A stretch of DNA of 64,000 nucleotides from Laetmonice hystrix (lineage: Eukaryota): positions 45,076,001-45,140,000 of the forward strand of contig OZ249436.1 in NCBI GenBank assembly GCA_965235115.1, written 5' to 3'. A program made the translations under genes and the position numbers. Numbering within the stretch: position 1 is the first letter of the stretch; the number at the start of each line of letters is the position of its first letter. Below, piece by piece: positions 52,364-64,000 of this stretch. The notes below the pieces were generated by a model, which was not told the origin of the DNA, ran no database searches, and saw only the letters and a list, made by a program, of their open reading frames with translations.

Positions 52364-52528
52364 TTAAATACCGATTGATCCGTAACACCGGGCCTTGGAG
52401 GGAAGGGGGCGGGGGGTCTTTGAAAAGACTATAGACTAAGCCTAAGTCGCTTTCCTATGACATCTAAAGGCACTGAAATAGAAATAAAATTATGTCACTT
52501 TGAGGTTCTTGAAGATAGGCCTACTTAA

Positions 52529-52866
52529 AGGTGCTATTCGTCTCGCACAGAATGGCATTTCTCCTATCATACATTGTGCACATAGTACTAGAAAACATTC
52601 CTACCGATACTATTGGCCTGATAAACCTTCTATTAGTTTGTGTGCAGCATTTAAAACCTATCTCGGTGCGCACCGAGATAGAGCCATTTCCTATGGTGGG
52701 GCGTGTCAGGGTCTCCACAGGCCTTCTGAGAGAGCCCCATTTGTGCCGTTATCCATAAAAATTTTGATTCCTTTGTTGTGAATGTATTTCCATGATAGGT
52801 GGGATCACATAAACGTCAACAAAATTAAAAATAAAAAAATTGAATTTTTGTTCACGAATAGCACCT
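52529..52866. mobile_element. Kolobok-like non-autonomous element, 13-bp TIR, TTAA TSD
   Basis: TTAA-AGGTGCTATTCGT ... ACGAATAGCACCT-TTAA. Confidence 0.8.
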
Positions 52867-53438
52867 TTAATAGGCCTATATGAATTTTACCGAAAAGGCA
52901 TTGTAGGGCATAGGCCTATATAAAGTCACTATCAGAAACATCCATTGCACAATATAACTTCGCGCTTGGGTTTAATTGTTAACATTTACAGTTTTGTCTA
53001 GATACGTTTTAACGTTTTAATCTATATACTAATAGGCCTCAGTACCAAACAGATTTTTTTCCTGCTGGGAGTCCGTATGCTTCAAAGTTGGCACAATGCT
53101 GCTGAGGTACGACAGCGACATCTACTGAGAGAAGGCGACACTAATCCAGGCGTGTGTCTTGATTCAAAATCTGAATCGTCACTAGGGCTAAGGCCTAGGA
53201 CTAGTTGGTTAAGAAATCGATCGCATATCATTTTTATTCCCGCACAACCAAATAGGCCTACCTGTCTCCAATTATAGGACCCTTCACTGATCTATTATTA
53301 CTATAGTTTGCTCTCCCCAAGAAGTGGGTATTCCCTAACCTATATAACTCTAATGACGTCACGACAGTGGTGAGGATACCCAGAGGATACCATCAAAGGA
53401 GCCGCCCAGCTAGAACTGGAAGAGTAAACAGGGGAGCT

Positions 53439-55453
53439 ATGGGGAGGAAAGGCATGAAAAACGTCCCCGATTCATTCAAACAGAAACATCAGAAAAACAA
53501 ACGCAACAAGTCTGAACTGGTGTTTGATGAATCTGTCAGAGAGTGAGTCAAATGTTCTTAGTCTGGCTCTCTCAAATCAGCGTGTGAGGCGAGCGATAAT
53601 ATAGGCAAGAGGTCAGCCTTGGCACGTGTAGTCATCGTGTAATGACGAACAGGGTCGACGGATAATGTCGCATTGTCATTTCAAAGCTTTTTATCTGTTC
53701 TGATCATTGTTTTTGAGAAGAAAGTAGGTAAAGTTGAAATAGTCGGTTGCCAGGCACAGCAGTGGATCTAGCCCATTCATTTGAAAAGGGGGGGCCAAGC
53801 CCAATGTTACGGGAAAACCTGAGGAAAAAAGAGCCCATTGGCATTGGCATTGCTCTACAATTACAAATTTAACCCCTTCCGAAAAGATGTAAATCGTATG
53901 TTTCAGAGAATGGCTTACAGGTTTTAAAAAGAGGAAGGATGAACGACGGAAACTGGCCCAGCGGCAAGAAATTGACAAATTGAAAGAAGAAAAACGAGAG
54001 CTGAAGAAAAAGGTTACCAAAAAAATAACTTTTATAATATAAAATAGCTTTAAATAAAGATTAAAGGAGCATGTTTCTTCTTTTGTCGTGTAGGCCATGT
54101 TGTTGTGTTTTATGCACTTTCATGAGATCCATCATGACTGTTGTTTCATCGACTGATTTTATACCTTATACCACTTGTTCCTTCTATTTAAAAGTTATGT
54201 AGGATTTCAGACATATCAGACGAGTAAAAAGAAATTGTTACTATAATTTGTAATGACATAGATATCTTCATGAAAAAAAATGAAATATTCCTACAAAGTT
54301 ATTTTTTTGGTAGGCAGCATTCCTGCAAAGTTATTTTTTGGTAGAGAGTATTTTTCCTAGATCTTTGAGAGGTATTAACTCAAGCCTTTGATGTATTGTC
54401 TAATTACATATTAAGAAAAAGGACGAGCGAGCAGCACAGCTGGCAGAGATGAGACAGGTGGTCCGTGAGTGTAAACCTGAGCTTGAAGTAATCGCCAAAC
54501 CTAAGAAGTATGAGCTCTCGAATCACACAGTCACCATCACGGATGTTACAGAGGTTGACTATGTTGGTGCCACTGGACTCAGACTGGGTTCCAATAATGT
54601 AAGATTACACCAGGATTTTTTTTTTACTTATTGAATGCCAGAAGTTATTAGAAAATAACAATTTCGAAATTTAAGTCAATACCTAGAGCACTACATAATT
54701 ATAGTAGTGGGTTTCTTCAGACTGAATTACAAGGTCTAATACTACTAGTGGATTAATCTTTTAAGAGAATTTCTCAATGTCATTTTGTTCTATTTCAATT
54801 TTATGATAACATAATTATTCTCTATTACATATTATAACAAGGATATTTTGCATTTGCAGAAATATTTAAGATTCATTTTTACTGTAGAAATCCTACAGAT
54901 TATATTAAAAGTGTTGTCAAGAACTGTACCTTTTGAATCACAGATTCAATAAGTACCTGCATGTATAATTTAAAGTAAGATTTATACATATTTGAAATGG
55001 CCAGAAAGATCATCATTGGCAGTAAACCTATTATACTGGTCTTTGCAGCAAGAAGATGAAGAAGTCAAGGAAGAGGAGGGAGAAAATAATAATGAAGAAG
55101 AAAAGAGTCAGGAAACTGATGAAGCAGTTGACAGTAATCGGTAAGATATACTCTGTGAAATTACTGGGTATTAGGCTATAAAAACACCTGATCTTAACGG
55201 AGATTACGGTGATTAACATATCAGTGGTTTTGTAATCCCTTATTTTTACCTGGTTAACGGCAAACCCATCGTAAACAAATGTTGTTTTTTTTTCCATTGC
55301 AGGCCTGCTGGAAGCAAAAAGAAGAAACGCAAACCACATGGAAGCAAACACCACAAGAATATGTCCCATCTCATGGACAAACGTCGACTTGTTAAAAGGC
55401 TTAAACTCACTCCGAAAATTGGCAATAAAAAGCCTGGTAAAAGAAAAAAATAG
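53439..55453 (+). CDS. NOL12: Nucleolar protein 12 (Nop25/Rrp17 family), 5 exons, 211 aa
   Basis: Exons 53439-53542, 53907-54012, 54416-54598, 55049-55140, 55303-55453 (636 nt, phases consistent). Family motif LVFDESVREEWLTGFKKRKDERRK, then YELSNHTVTIT, an acidic tract and a basic C-terminus. The exon 3 acceptor (AAG) and exon 2 donor (GTTACC) are the least certain boundaries. Confidence 0.9.
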
Positions 55454-55532
55454 AAATAAGAAAAGTGAAAATGAAATTAAGAATTGATCAGATTATGAAT
55501 ATTTTCATGTTTTCTTCAACGTTTTAAGCCTC

Positions 55533-55538
55533 AATAAA
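55533..55538 (+). terminator. NOL12 polyadenylation signal
   Basis: AATAAA 80 nt after the stop codon, followed by TG/T-rich sequence. Confidence 0.6.
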
Positions 55539-55605
55539 ACCTTTGTATGTCATATATCCTCATGCAATTTCCTGTCGCGTTTTCCAAGTTCAAAGTAAAT
55601 GAATA

Positions 55606-55827
55606 CCGTATATGTCCTATTTGCCGCGCATGCGCGTGTGCAGAAGGGGGGTGCGCGGCAAAGAATTATTTTAACGTTAAGGGGGCATTTTCTTTCCAAA
55701 TAGGTCCCCAATATGAGTCCCCAATATGAGTTTTCCCAAATTTCCACCCCTGACAAACACATTGGGTTTTAAAAAATGCTGGGGTGCGCGGCAAATAGGA
55801 GGTGCGCGGCAAATAGGACATATACGG
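55606..55827. mobile_element. Tc1/mariner (pogo-like) MITE, TA TSD
   Basis: TA-CCGTATATGTCCTATTTGCCGCGCA ... TGCGCGGCAAATAGGACATATACGG-TA (perfect 25-bp TIR); subterminal GGTGCGCGGCAAA repeats. Confidence 0.88.
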
Positions 55828-56389
55828 TACATTTATAACTTCCCTGGTACACATGTTGAATTGAATAGATTTCACACAGAATGTACGTTTGAAGAATTCT
55901 ACCCTTTATGAGTTGATCTCCTGTGACCATTGGGGACAAAGAAATTGAAGGCAAAAATGTGGAATGCAAGAATATATATTGTCTCTGACCTCCTTCAGCC
56001 CTACACAAGATGGGTGTATTTTGGCAAGCCATGCAAAAAAGGAATATTGGATAAAGTCTAAGTGACTTGTCTTAGGAACAAAGCCTGGCCGTACTAGGTG
56101 GGTTTGGGTTTGTGTAGCCCCCAAATAAAATGTCCGTCAAAAGCTCGGCGTCGTTTTTTGAGGATAGTCTGCAGTTTGATCACCGCCAGTTTTAACGTTA
56201 GAACTAAGACAATATAAACGCACCAATGTGGATTAACCATTGTGGTATGTACATGCTACAAATGCACAGTCACATCTCTGGCAACATTATGGCATCAGTG
56301 TTGGGAAGGATCAAAAGAGAGCGCGGGTCTGTATGGTTCTTCATAGACCCGAAAGAGGGCAGGACGAGCGGGAACATAAGCGCCATCTA

Positions 56390-56500
56390 GTGTTACCAAT
56401 AGGAACCAATCTCCCATGGTTTGCCCTGATTGGTTAATTCATATTGCGTCTGCGCGGTGCCAGTTTTGCCCTGGTTGTACTTCCTGTGACCAAAATGTGA
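56390..56500 (+). promoter_or_regulatory. Miro promoter region
   Basis: Two CCAAT boxes (56396-56410), ATTGG near 56429, ETS-like ACTTCCTG near 56479, CpG-rich, ~300 nt upstream of the ATG. Confidence 0.5.
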
Positions 56501-56785
56501 AAATTGTCAGTTTTGTGGCGAGTACGATTGAATATTGAAGAATTACAGATAACTGTAATCGAAGAAATCATCCGTGACGAAGGCTCGTCCAGTAGAGTGG
56601 GCGTGCCGACAACATTGCTGGCACAGTGACTGCATGGGACCGCTGACATCTACCGGTGTACCCCTCCCGTCCGTGTACGGCGTGCTGTGGCCTCCCTGCC
56701 CTTGACTTGACAAAACTGCAGTCTGGGGCTCCAACACAGATACAGTTCGCTTATACCACATAATTTGAAATAGCACGGTTTAAGG

Positions 56786-63951
<7,166 letters not shown>

Positions 63952-64000
63952 GTAGGTGCATTTCATCTGTACCCACAATTAAATCATGTTGAAAACAAAA

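Noticed and set aside
53691..55369. Hydrophobic minus-strand ORFs of 135 and 112 aa
   Set aside because: Antisense shadows of the Lys/Glu-rich NOL12 exons.

Overview
Eukaryotic (metazoan, probably marine invertebrate) genomic DNA with GT-AG spliceosomal introns; no prokaryotic features. Three spliced + strand genes can be rebuilt exon by exon with consistent phases: CERT1/COL4A3BP (14 coding exons, 2946-25511, 614 aa), NOL12 (5 exons, 53439-55453, 211 aa) and Miro/RHOT (14 exons from 56786, running off the window). A fourth gene is an unrecognised 601-aa minus-strand ORF without coding introns (41310-43115) with two PPxY motifs, about 5 TM helices and a Cys-rich C-terminal domain. Introns and intergenic DNA hold many minisatellites and non-autonomous DNA transposons with TTAA, TA, 5-, 6- and 10-bp target-site duplications. 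The most unusual signals are two independent tandem amplifications of CERT1 3' splice sites (before the FFAT exon and a START exon), which create decoy acceptors that read into stop codons, and the orphan membrane protein. All calls are by eye; no searches were run.
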